Source: a virus
Taxonomy: Duplodnaviria > Caudoviricetes
Reading direction: 5' to 3' (one strand)
Length of the DNA: 43,885 nt
IMG/VR virus record: IMGVR_UViG_3300031260_000032
Location: 1 to 43,885 of that record
Shown in pieces: positions 1-8,600 of the stretch. How positions within the stretch are numbered: the first letter of the stretch is position 1; each line of letters starts with the position of its first letter. Below the pieces are notes generated by a model, which saw only the letters and a program-made list of their open reading frames with translations, did not search any database and was not told the origin of the DNA. A program made the translations under genes and the position numbers.

Positions 1-369
1 CGAACCGTTTCCAGAATTGATGGTGATTTTATTGGAAGACGTGCCGACAAGCGAAAGAGACCCGCGAGCGACGTAGAAACCAAACATGGTTGCGTCGCTG
101 CCTGGGTTGGCGGCTGTTCCCGATCCGGTAGGGTTGCTGCCAGTCGAGGCAAAAAGAATTGTGCGCGGAGTAGAATTATCTACGCTCAGTGATGCGCTGG
201 CCCCGTTCACGACGATATTCTGGATGCCGTTTCCGGCTGTACCAATGTTCTGGTCTATGGTAACGGCATGAGTTATTGTAACCGTGTCTCCATCGCCAGG
301 GACAATCCCGCCCGTCCAAGTGCCAGTTGCAGACCAGTTGCCACTCTGTGCGCTCGTTATCGCCGCCAT
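1..369 (-). CDS. N-terminal part of a large beta-rich virion/adhesin-like protein (G8-like start), runs off the left edge
   Basis: ATG at 369 overlaps upstream stop (TAATG); open to position 1: MAAITSAQSGNWSATGTWTGGIVPGDGDTVTITHAVTIDQ...; not in ORF track. Confidence 0.8.
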   Translation of the reverse strand, partial: MAAITSAQSGNWSATGTWTGGIVPGDGDTVTITHAVTIDQNIGTAGNGIQNIVVNGASASLSVDNSTPRTILFASTGSNPTGSGTAANPGSDATMFGFYVARGSLSLVGTSSNKITINSGNGS

Positions 370-734
370 TACTGCACCACCCCTACGGTCATCGTCTCAC
401 CATCACCAACCACAACAACCGTCACAGTCTCGCCAGCCGACCAATCATAATCCACAGTCGCCGTGCTCGTGCCATCATCAATCACGTACTGCCCCCCGGT
501 AGCGGTGCGCCTGAATCCAAAAAACTCATTCGTCATCGGGTAGCGCATCTCATCTACAACCAGATCGGCGATGGCTGAGACCATGCGCAGCTTGATGCGG
601 ATCTCACCGATGCCAGTGGCCAGGAAGCCAGCTACGTTGCCATAGATAGAGATGCCGCCGGACCCTGCGCGCCAGGCGATGGGGTCGAGGACGACAGCCC
701 CAACAACGGGCCGAGTCAGCGGCGTGATTCTCAC
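369..734 (-). CDS. Hypothetical beta-rich protein, possible head fibre/LamG-like fragment
   Basis: 121 aa; coupled overlaps with both neighbours; beta-strand pattern. Confidence 0.7.
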   Translation of the reverse strand: MRITPLTRPVVGAVVLDPIAWRAGSGGISIYGNVAGFLATGIGEIRIKLRMVSAIADLVVDEMRYPMTNEFFGFRRTATGGQYVIDDGTSTATVDYDWSAGETVTVVVVGDGETMTVGVVQ

Positions 735-1021
735 TGCTCTACGACCACCGTGGTCGCGTCGACGTAATCGCCGGTTGCGCAGCCGACTTGGTAGATGCCG
801 GTGACGGGGACTTCGAGGACGCCGGTTTCGGTCAGGGTTTTCGAGCTCAACACGGTCGCCGCATCCGAATTTTCGCTGAGGCGTCGCACCGTGATTGTCG
901 AGCCGCCGTTGATGTTGACCAGGGCCCTGCGAGCGCCCATCACGGCGTCATCGCCCTGCAGTTGAAACCTGCTGGACCATTGGTCCTGTGCCGTGATTGC
1001 TTTCGTTGTTGCGATCCCCAT
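731..1021 (-). CDS. Hypothetical virion-associated protein
   Basis: 96 aa; GGAGG RBS; in capsid operon. Confidence 0.75.
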   Translation of the reverse strand: MGIATTKAITAQDQWSSRFQLQGDDAVMGARRALVNINGGSTITVRRLSENSDAATVLSSKTLTETGVLEVPVTGIYQVGCATGDYVDATTVVVEQ

Positions 1022-1024
1022 GTG

Positions 1025-1243
1025 CTATCTCCTCCACGGTCGGTCGTGGCGTTCCTGGCATGCGGTGCACCGCGTGCACCCTTTCTGGGCCATCCTGCGC
1101 GCCTCGGGGATCTCGTCCCCGCACTCTTCGCATTCCGTGGCCGATTCGGCAGGGGCTGACATCCTCTCGCGCTCGCGTCTTGCGAGTGCGTCCTGCAGGT
1201 AATCTGCAGAGGTATCAGATGCCCGGTCCGCGAAATCAGCCAT
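1025..1243 (-). CDS. traR: TraR/DksA C4-type zinc finger protein
   Basis: MADFAD N-terminal acidic motif; CEECG-x-IPEARR-x-CTRCTACQ; AGGAG RBS before ATG 1243. Confidence 0.9.
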   Translation of the reverse strand: MADFADRASDTSADYLQDALARRERERMSAPAESATECEECGDEIPEARRMAQKGCTRCTACQERHDRPWRR

Positions 1244-1261
1244 GATCGTCTCCTGTAAGAC

Positions 1262-1294
1262 GGCCCGGCCAGCCAAGGGGAAACTGGCCGGGCC
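1262..1294 (-). terminator. GC-rich hairpin after major capsid gene (terminator or mRNA stabiliser)
   Basis: GGCCCGGCCAG / CTGGCCGGGCC 11-bp inverted repeat; weak U tail. Confidence 0.55.
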
Positions 1295-1308
1295 TATTGC
1301 AAGAGGGT

Positions 1309-2268
1309 TTAGGTGGTCAAATTCGAGAGCAGGTAGCCGGCGCCGGAGAAGACAAACGCCTCGTCCGTGTGCTGACGGGTTCGGATAATATCGCCGCGCA
1401 CTGCTTCTTCGCGGTAACTCTCAACCGTGACGATGCTGGGGCTGTCCTGTGTCCACAGGAACGTTCTGCCCAGGCACGCTTCCTTGAGGTTTGCCGGGTT
1501 CGTGGCGATGCGGCAGAGCATGCCGTATTCGCTCCCCCAGATGTCCGAAGCGGAAAAGGACTGGCCCTTTTTGGCGCTGTCGACGACGGCGTCTCCGACC
1601 AGGACTTCCACGCCCAGGGCGGCGGAAACGAGCTGGCGCTTCTGCTCGTCGGACATGATTTCGATGGGCTGGGTGTACTGCACCTTGGCCGCGATCTGAG
1701 CGCACTTGCACAAGTTCTGGAACACCGTGTAGCCGACCGCCAACGCGTTGGCCGTGATGCCGAGCTGGCGCAGAGCATTCTTGCCGGTGTCGACGTCAGT
1801 GATAGGAGTCGCGTTGGCGGCATCGTCCCACTCGTTGGTGACGGCATGGGCGGTAAAGTTGCTGGTGTTGAACAACTTTTCCTTGATCCGGATTTCCTGC
1901 TCGCGAAGGATGACATCCATGCAGATCTCGGTGGTCACCTCTTCAGCGTCGAACAGACTGGCGTACAGCGCGACTTCGTCGTCGAAGAGGACCTCTTCCC
2001 AGCCGTTTTCTTTGCAGGCGTAGTTGCCCATTTCGAACTGCCAGTTGCCGCGGTTGTAGTTTCCGCCAGTTCCCCTCTTGGTATTTTTGCGCTTGAGCAT
2101 GGCCTCAAGGGGGATGACAGGGTATTCGGCCGTCTTCAGCATCGTCTGAAAAACGGGCATCAAGCGCAGGCCGATAAACTTGCTCCTGCTCGCGGCAAGA
2201 GAGTATTCGTATGCGAGCTGGCCGAGATCCGGGCGGCTCACAGTGGTGCTGCTGGTCGGTTTAGGCAT
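1309..2268 (-). CDS. Major capsid protein (lambda gpE-like)
   Basis: 319 aa after protease and decoration genes; sequence pattern of gpE-like capsids; GAGG RBS. Confidence 0.88.
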   Translation of the reverse strand: MPKPTSSTTVSRPDLGQLAYEYSLAASRSKFIGLRLMPVFQTMLKTAEYPVIPLEAMLKRKNTKRGTGGNYNRGNWQFEMGNYACKENGWEEVLFDDEVALYASLFDAEEVTTEICMDVILREQEIRIKEKLFNTSNFTAHAVTNEWDDAANATPITDVDTGKNALRQLGITANALAVGYTVFQNLCKCAQIAAKVQYTQPIEIMSDEQKRQLVSAALGVEVLVGDAVVDSAKKGQSFSASDIWGSEYGMLCRIATNPANLKEACLGRTFLWTQDSPSIVTVESYREEAVRGDIIRTRQHTDEAFVFSGAGYLLSNLTT

Positions 2269-2282
2269 GTCAAATTACCTCG

Positions 2283-2672
2283 CTAGGACACGGTCTTGGT
2301 GTTGTTGTAGCCGTAGGGTAGGACCTCGATCACATCTCCGTCCGCAGTTGCCGCTTCCAGGGCGATGCCGACCTGGCGGTATGTGGCCGCCGCGGCCGGA
2401 AGAGCCTGGACTTTTCCGTCAGCAGATGCGTAAACCACAGCACCTGCGCTGATGGCCCCAGCAGCGACCATTTCGAGCGACCCTCCGGACTTAAGGAAGG
2501 ATACTGCCACCACATCGCCGGCCGACTTTTTGTCCATAGCCACGCCGATGGGGTCGTCCGTGGAGGCGGCAGTGTTGAGCACGACGGCTCCGCTGGACAA
2601 CTTGACCAGGGCGCCCTCGGTCACGCCGCCAGTTCCGACGGTGAACGCTTTAATTCCGATGTTATACTGCAT
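2283..2672 (-). CDS. Capsid decoration/cement protein (DUF2190-like)
   Basis: 129 aa; PIGVA...AGAISAGAVVY...VGIALEAATADGDVIEV pattern; position before capsid gene. Confidence 0.8.
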   Translation of the reverse strand: MQYNIGIKAFTVGTGGVTEGALVKLSSGAVVLNTAASTDDPIGVAMDKKSAGDVVAVSFLKSGGSLEMVAAGAISAGAVVYASADGKVQALPAAAATYRQVGIALEAATADGDVIEVLPYGYNNTKTVS

Positions 2673-2681
2673 GATGGGCTC

Positions 2682-4010
2682 CTACTTGTTCATGGCGTCC
2701 AGCCACTGCTTGTGACTTTCGGGGTGCGCGGCCTGGACAGCTTTCATTGCCTGCCCGCGCGTTTTCCCGGACTCAACCTCTTTCGCCACCAAGGACTCAA
2801 AATCCCCATGGCTTTCCGCCTGCTTCTGCTGCCCGGCGGCGCCGGCACTGTCGCCAAGCCCTGCCAGCAGCGCGGCGTGCGCATCAGCCTTGCGGCCCTT
2901 CTCGGCCTGGAAGAAGGCCTTGAAGACATCGGCGCTCGGCGTGCCGTCCTTGATTGCCGACATGGTCACGGCCTGGTCGCCCTCGGCTTCCAGGATCTCG
3001 ACGATACGGTTGCGCTCGGCGGCGACGGCCGCGGCAACCATGTTGTCAAGTTCGGCCTGGGCAACCAGCCCGGCCCTTGCCTCTGCCAGCAGATCCGGGC
3101 GTTCCTGGGTCAGATTCTCCAGGGTCACGCCCGCGAGCTGCGTCGACGCCGCAGCGCCTTTCTCTTTGCTCATGGTGTTTCTCCTTTCCCTGGCGATCTC
3201 CAGGGCCACTTCGAAATTACCGATATGGTCAACGAGCCCAGCTTCCAGGGCTTCGGTGCCGATGAACACGCGGCCGTCCGCCATGCGCTCCAGCACGACG
3301 GAAGCCTCGACGCCACGGCCCTGGGCCACGGCGTCAACGAACTTTGTGTAGTAGAGGTCGATCTGCGATTGCAGATATTCGCGACCCTCGTCGGAGAGGG
3401 GCTTCTCGTCGGAGGCGATGCGCTTGTACTTGCCTGCGGACAGGACCGTGCGGGTCACGCCTTCCTGGGCGTCTGCGGCGCTGCGGTCGTAGTGCACCGC
3501 GGCGACGCCGATTGAGCCAGCCACTGACGTTGGCATGATCACAATGGCGTTGCAGCGGGCGGCTATCCAGTAGGCCGCGCTGCACACTTGCCCGCCGCTC
3601 CAGGCGATGACTGGCACGGACTGCTTGGCCAAGTCGATGGCGTCCGCGACTTCGGCCGGTGCCAGGGCGGAACCTCCGGGGCTGTCGATGTCGAGCACGA
3701 TGGCCGTGACATCCTCGTCTGCCGCGGCGTCAACGATGGACTGAGCCAGCATCTGGGTCGACACGCCGCCCGAGAAGTTGGCGACCATGTTCGCCCGGCG
3801 TTCGATGATCCCTTCGACGCGGATGACGGCGATGCCGTCACGGTGCACATTGTAATTGCCGAACGAAGGGCCAGCTGGAGACGCCGCTGCGTCCCACTGG
3901 CTGGGCCCGCCCTGCAGGAGCGTCTCGACGAAGGCCGAAACCTCGTCCAGCTTGGCCGGCGTCAGCGCCCAGATGCGGGCAGCCAGGGCATTGGTGACTC
4001 GTTTTTTCAT
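2682..4010 (-). CDS. S49 (SppA-type) head maturation protease with C-terminal scaffold
   Basis: LDIDSPGG, CSAAYWIA, GSIGV, AGKYK motifs; helical C-terminal region. Confidence 0.92.
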   Translation of the reverse strand: MKKRVTNALAARIWALTPAKLDEVSAFVETLLQGGPSQWDAAASPAGPSFGNYNVHRDGIAVIRVEGIIERRANMVANFSGGVSTQMLAQSIVDAAADEDVTAIVLDIDSPGGSALAPAEVADAIDLAKQSVPVIAWSGGQVCSAAYWIAARCNAIVIMPTSVAGSIGVAAVHYDRSAADAQEGVTRTVLSAGKYKRIASDEKPLSDEGREYLQSQIDLYYTKFVDAVAQGRGVEASVVLERMADGRVFIGTEALEAGLVDHIGNFEVALEIARERRNTMSKEKGAAASTQLAGVTLENLTQERPDLLAEARAGLVAQAELDNMVAAAVAAERNRIVEILEAEGDQAVTMSAIKDGTPSADVFKAFFQAEKGRKADAHAALLAGLGDSAGAAGQQKQAESHGDFESLVAKEVESGKTRGQAMKAVQAAHPESHKQWLDAMNK

Positions 4011-5515
4011 TGCGCTTCCTGATCCGACCCATTGTTGTCGGGCTGGCTTTCGGTGACGGCTGGGCGCGCGCCAGCGGCCGGGTTCATGTTCACGCCGAAC
4101 TCTGCTTCGAGCCGCTTGATCTCGGCCAACTCCATCGCTCGCTGCCGCAGCTTCTTGCGCCAGTCGGCGCTCTTTTCGGCATAGATCTCGGACAGCGTCG
4201 TCTGGTTCGTCTCTAGCTCGACCTGGATGGCGTTGGCTTTCTTGTAGCGGTCAATCTCGGGCATAGGCTGCGGCATCCAGTCTGCGCGGGAGAGCTCGTT
4301 CAGATCCTCGACCAAAGTCCTGGTGTTCGGCACGTCGAGCGCTCCGGCCATCGTCCGCTCGTAGACCAGCCACATGAGCAGCGGCTGGTTGAAATTGCTG
4401 TTGAGCGTCATGTGCTCGACGGAGTTGACTTGCTGCGCCTTGACCATGGAGGCTTTGGATGCGGAGTAGCTGGCCTGGTATTTGCGGGAGACGTTCTCGG
4501 AACCGCGAGAGGTGCACATACCGAGACGGTCAACTATGCTGTCGAACATCTCGCGGTAGCCCTGGGGCGTGCCTTCCTGTTTGAAAAAATGCGGGATTTC
4601 CTGCTTGCCGCCCTGAAGGATCGTGCCCTTCTCAAGCTCGACGACGCGCTCGGACCAGTCGGTCTCGGCTTTGGCCCCGGCGTTCTCGACGAAGGCGACG
4701 AACAAATTGCTCAACATCGCCCGAACCAGGGCCGCGCCCACGAAGTCTCGGTTATTGCGCAACTCCTCGATCATCGGTCCCATGATCGAGTCCTGACGGT
4801 ACTCGCCGATGTTGCGCACGCCGGTGACCATGAGGATCTTGGGCAGGCCGGTTTCGTTGTCCCAGATGTCGAGGCTCACGCAGTCGGCCTTGCTGTAGGT
4901 CAACGAGAGGCGCTTGATCGCGTCGGGCCGCGCCAGCCAGATCTTGACCGGCGCGCCGTCCTCGTCGACCTGCACGCCGTCATAGATGTCGAGATCGTTG
5001 GCGTCGGACGGCGTGACCAGGCGGGACGGGTCAATGGGCAGCACAGCCAGCGGGGAGGGGCGCCTGCCATCTTTCTTGCGGAGCTGGAAAAGGCCGATGC
5101 CGTCCAGGCGCCAGCAAAAGTAGGCGAGTTGCTGCAGGCCGTAGATGTCGAGCCGGCGCTGGGCGTCGCAGTATTTTCTACAATCGAGGCCCCAGTTGTT
5201 CCAGAGGCGGGAGAGCTGCGCGGCGAATGTGTCCGACCAGTCGGCTCCGAGTCCGAGCGCTTCGTGGTCCGGGGCGAACTGCGGCGTCAGGCCGATGCCG
5301 ACCGTCTCGACGATGAGCGATTCGAGCAGGCCGTGACCCATGGCGTCGTTGGTGTAGAGATCGAGGGCGCGATTGCTGGACTTGAGTTTGGCCGTTTCGG
5401 CCATGGCCTGGGTGACGATGGACTCCACCCAGGTGGAGAGATGACCCTGAACGGACGCGCCGTCGCGGCGTGGAGTGCGGCCTACTGGCCGACGATGGCG
5501 GACATAGGGCTTCAT
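4007..5515 (-). CDS. Portal protein, lambda family
   Basis: 502 aa; DGVQVDEDGAP and ASYSASKASM motifs; between gpW and protease. Confidence 0.9.
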   Translation of the reverse strand: MKPYVRHRRPVGRTPRRDGASVQGHLSTWVESIVTQAMAETAKLKSSNRALDLYTNDAMGHGLLESLIVETVGIGLTPQFAPDHEALGLGADWSDTFAAQLSRLWNNWGLDCRKYCDAQRRLDIYGLQQLAYFCWRLDGIGLFQLRKKDGRRPSPLAVLPIDPSRLVTPSDANDLDIYDGVQVDEDGAPVKIWLARPDAIKRLSLTYSKADCVSLDIWDNETGLPKILMVTGVRNIGEYRQDSIMGPMIEELRNNRDFVGAALVRAMLSNLFVAFVENAGAKAETDWSERVVELEKGTILQGGKQEIPHFFKQEGTPQGYREMFDSIVDRLGMCTSRGSENVSRKYQASYSASKASMVKAQQVNSVEHMTLNSNFNQPLLMWLVYERTMAGALDVPNTRTLVEDLNELSRADWMPQPMPEIDRYKKANAIQVELETNQTTLSEIYAEKSADWRKKLRQRAMELAEIKRLEAEFGVNMNPAAGARPAVTESQPDNNGSDQEAQ

Positions 5516-5715
5516 CTGCGCAGGGCCCCCGTCAACGAGCGTGAAAAGATATTGCCCTGGTTACATACGGCCTCCTCGGCCTGTACCGTACGCCGCAGAT
5601 CCTGCAGCCGGCCAAGGTCGGCGCGGGTGTAGGATACGCCATCCATGGTCACGGACTGTCCGGTGGAGAGGATTGCCTCGATGGCGGTGTCGATCTGCGA
5701 TACGGTGAGGGCCAC
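5512..5715 (-). CDS. Head-tail joining protein (gpW-like)
   Basis: 67 aa; GQSVTMDGVSYTRADL motif; immediately before portal. Confidence 0.8.
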   Translation of the reverse strand: MALTVSQIDTAIEAILSTGQSVTMDGVSYTRADLGRLQDLRRTVQAEEAVCNQGNIFSRSLTGALRR

Positions 5716-5814
5716 TTGTGCTCCGGGTCAAAGGGGACTTTGTGCGCAACAAATCCCCGACCCGGAGTGTTATGGCAATATGTATGGATACTATGTTGGT
5801 ATAATACTAAAATG

Positions 5815-5837
5815 AAAAAGCCCGCTGTGAGGCGGGT
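5815..5837 (-). terminator. Rho-independent terminator closing the IbrAB cassette
   Basis: Minus strand CCCGC-CTCACA-GCGGG followed by CTTTTT. Confidence 0.75.
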
Positions 5838-5857
5838 CTAGTGGGGCTGGATGGGGC

Positions 5858-6046
5858 CTATTCGCCCCGCAAGACTTGCAATTGCTCCGCTTCGGGCATG
5901 CCCATTCCGGCCATGATCAGCCGGACGACCTGGGCGGACTTGCTTTCGTTGCCGCGTGTCGCGTCAAGTCGCTCGACCAGGCCGATGGGGAGGGAGACGG
6001 TTATTACCTTTGTGGTGCGCCTTGCCCCGTCCTTGATGTCAGACAT
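5858..6046 (-). CDS. Ribbon-helix-helix (CopG/Arc-like) regulator
   Basis: 62 aa; KVITVSLPIGLVERLD...SKSAQVVRLI; GGAGG RBS before ATG 6046. Confidence 0.7.
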   Translation of the reverse strand: MSDIKDGARRTTKVITVSLPIGLVERLDATRGNESKSAQVVRLIMAGMGMPEAEQLQVLRGE

Positions 6047-6680
6047 TTTCCACCTCCCACGCCTCGGAAAAGTCACGGTCTGCAAACAACTCAGCAAGCC
6101 CTGTGATTTGCTTGAGTCGCAAGACCTCGTCCGGCTCCATCCCAAGTTCTTTGGCGATCCGGTCATCACTCCAGTTTCGGCGGGAAAGGTCAAGCACTAT
6201 GTCGGACATGGCGTCAACGCTGTGCTTGCCCCTGGCCCTATTGTGACGAATCGTGGCTGCAATCCTGTCCTCCTTGCTGGTCCGATCCGTGTTGATAACG
6301 GCGACAGGCAGCCGCCCCATGACACGTTTTTTGATAGCACCGACCTCGCGCGCAACGCGGTTGCGGTGGAATCCATCAACAACCTCGTAGCTGTCCTGTC
6401 CGTCTGGCCATGCCACGATAGGCTGTGTGTATCCATCTTGCATAATCGACAACTGCAAGAGACGCATTTCCGGAGGGGCCACGCTGTTGGGGTTGTAGTC
6501 GTTGGCATGCAGCTTGTCGGCCTTGACCCACAGCACGCAGTCCACGGGCTCGCGGCGCAACGGGGAGTATTCGCGCAGGGCTATGCGGATCTCGTTGACG
6601 GCGTCCATGCGCTCGTCGTCGGGCATCGCGCCCAACTCGGCAAATAGTGTTTTTGCCCGCGTAATCAGATCAGCTTCCAT
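6039..6680 (-). CDS. ibrB: IbrB-like ParB/Srx-domain protein
   Basis: ANDYNPNSVAPPEM, GYTQPIV, VVDGFHR, ATIRHNRARGKH; C-terminal HTH; start MEADL at 6680. Confidence 0.9.
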   Translation of the reverse strand: MEADLITRAKTLFAELGAMPDDERMDAVNEIRIALREYSPLRREPVDCVLWVKADKLHANDYNPNSVAPPEMRLLQLSIMQDGYTQPIVAWPDGQDSYEVVDGFHRNRVAREVGAIKKRVMGRLPVAVINTDRTSKEDRIAATIRHNRARGKHSVDAMSDIVLDLSRRNWSDDRIAKELGMEPDEVLRLKQITGLAELFADRDFSEAWEVENV

Positions 6681-7861
6681 TCGGCCCGCCTCTTTTTCAT
6701 CAGCTTTTGGTATTTCGCAAAGGCCTCCGTCTTGTGTTGGGAGAAGGAGAGCCCTTTGCACCAGTAGTCGTTTCGGAGCAGTGCCTTGCAGATTCGCGTC
6801 CAACTCGGGGCCTCCCTGTTGTTTGCGCCACCCTCGTCAGGGATACCGTTCGGATACCCGCGGTCCTGATACCACTTGAGGAAAACAGCTATTTTGTTTT
6901 TGAAATGATCTGCCGTAGCGCTCGGCATACTTGCCAGGATCGTTTCGGCGAACTCGCGCCATGTCAGGTGCGGCGGCTTGCTGACCTTGCGCTGTCCCAG
7001 GATATTGCCCGACTCTTGCACATAGAGAGCGCCCTGGTTTGCGCCGTTGACACGGGCAACAACCTTGCCCCACGTCTCCGGTTCTATAACGTGGAACAAC
7101 CAGAGCCCTTTGCGCTGGTCGTCGCCATATGGCTGACAGATTCGCGCCTGGTGGATGGACAGCCCTGCCTGGTGCATCCGGTCATAGAGCCGGTTGTAAT
7201 CGGCGCGGAATTTTCCGTTGTAGGTCCAAATGTCTTCAGTTCGCCAATCATAAATCGGATACGCGTTGTAAACGTTATCGCCCACCCAGGTCATCCACTG
7301 TCGACCCTCGAACGTGGCCTTTCTTCCAGCTATAGTCCTGTATCTATTTAGCGACTCATCCGACCGGATGCCAACAAAACAGGCGCTCAGTTTCCCGCGA
7401 GAGAACCATTTCCCGAACTCTGGCACGAACTCCTCGAACTCCATGGCCCGCTTGAAAAATGGAAAATATGCCTCGTCAGTGATGGCGATCTGAGGAGGCG
7501 TGCGCACCCAGTCGTCTTCTCGGCCCGGCTCCCAGCAAACCCATTGCGGCTCGAATTGACTGACGGCGTTGCGCAGACGGATGGGCAGAGAGCACCAATA
7601 GGGTTCGATGTGGCTGGCGTACTTGGCGTAAATGTCTTCGACGTGCTTGATGGTCAGCGCATATTGCGCTTCAAGGTCCAAAAATAGCAGCCCTACCTTG
7701 CGCCCGCGCTTGATCGCCTCGTCCATCACAAGGTGCACCATGACGCTGCTGTCCTTGCCTCCGGAAAAACTAATGTAGATGCGCGGGAAGTCGTCAAAGA
7801 CGGATGCTATTCTTCGCCTTGCCGCTTCGAGGACGCTGATTCCCAACCCCTTCTTAGCCAT
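6665..7861 (-). CDS. ibrA: IbrA-like PAPS-reductase-family PP-loop protein with DUF3440
   Basis: ISFSGGKDS PP-loop, VGIRSDES, YPIYDW, RICQPYG, NDYWCKGLSF; start MAKKG at 7861. Confidence 0.9.
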   Translation of the reverse strand: MAKKGLGISVLEAARRRIASVFDDFPRIYISFSGGKDSSVMVHLVMDEAIKRGRKVGLLFLDLEAQYALTIKHVEDIYAKYASHIEPYWCSLPIRLRNAVSQFEPQWVCWEPGREDDWVRTPPQIAITDEAYFPFFKRAMEFEEFVPEFGKWFSRGKLSACFVGIRSDESLNRYRTIAGRKATFEGRQWMTWVGDNVYNAYPIYDWRTEDIWTYNGKFRADYNRLYDRMHQAGLSIHQARICQPYGDDQRKGLWLFHVIEPETWGKVVARVNGANQGALYVQESGNILGQRKVSKPPHLTWREFAETILASMPSATADHFKNKIAVFLKWYQDRGYPNGIPDEGGANNREAPSWTRICKALLRNDYWCKGLSFSQHKTEAFAKYQKLMKKRRAEWKLI

Positions 7862-8241
7862 GCGCCAACCTCGTCTTTGCTCATCCTGATTATGTCGCCA
7901 TCGTCGTTTACGCGGCAAAAATATCTGTCAACGCTGCGCCACGATTTCGGAGATTTGACCTCGTAGACCTTGCCAGACTCAAGAACAAACCAAAGCTCAA
8001 CGCCTCTGCTTCCGCTGCTATTTGCCCGTGCATAATTGCGCTTCGACGGCAAAAACGCGCGCTCGAATCCAAACTTGCCGTGATACCCGATTATTTCCGC
8101 GACCCATGGCTTGCGTGGGTTTTTACAGCCGAACGCAGCGCCACCAAGGCCAGGGGCAATGCCGTCGAGCTTGCCGGAGTAAAGGGCGAGTTGTGCATCG
8201 CCCGACTCTCCGATGTACTCTAGGCAGAGAGTTGCCTTCAT
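7807..8241 (-). CDS. Phage protein of unknown function
   Basis: 144 aa; KPWVAEIIG...ANSSGSRGV...YEV...SW...RYF; coupled to upstream gene, overlaps ibrA start. Confidence 0.8.
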   Translation of the reverse strand: MKATLCLEYIGESGDAQLALYSGKLDGIAPGLGGAAFGCKNPRKPWVAEIIGYHGKFGFERAFLPSKRNYARANSSGSRGVELWFVLESGKVYEVKSPKSWRSVDRYFCRVNDDGDIIRMSKDEVGAWLRRGWESASSKRQGEE

Positions 8242-8534
8242 TCCTGTCTTTGAGCCCTGAGGAATTCGTCTGCCTGTTCTACGGTAAAGTCTTCTTCAAA
8301 TTGGTAGCTTTCGCATGAATATGCGTCGGCTGAATACATGCCGAACTTTTCAAGAACAAAAATCGTCTTCCCGCTTTTGGGGCTGACATATATGGACTTT
8401 GTTGCGCCGCCAGCTCCGACGTGCCAAACCTTTCCTGTCAAGTCTTCAACGCGCTCAACTTTTACACCGTGCTTTTCCAGCTCGGTGGCCAGATCGGAAC
8501 AGTCAAAACTGTGATGCTTAATAGGCTTGATCAT
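8238..8534 (-). CDS. Hypothetical protein, first gene of moron
   Basis: 98 aa; GGGAGG RBS; lower GC. Confidence 0.75.
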   Translation of the reverse strand: MIKPIKHHSFDCSDLATELEKHGVKVERVEDLTGKVWHVGAGGATKSIYVSPKSGKTIFVLEKFGMYSADAYSCESYQFEEDFTVEQADEFLRAQRQE

Positions 8535-8571
8535 TTTCGTCCTCCCGTTGCTTGACGTTCTTGTTGATCAA

Positions 8572-8600
8572 AACCTAAGGCTCTTCTCTCTTTGTGTCAA
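8572..8600 (-). promoter_or_regulatory. Sigma70-type promoter of the IbrAB moron
   Basis: TTGACA (8600-8595), 17 bp, TAGGTT (8577-8572). Confidence 0.75.

Noticed and set aside
1297-5632. Long plus-strand ORFs opposite capsid, protease and portal
   Set aside because: Antisense shadows caused by GC3 bias; no motifs
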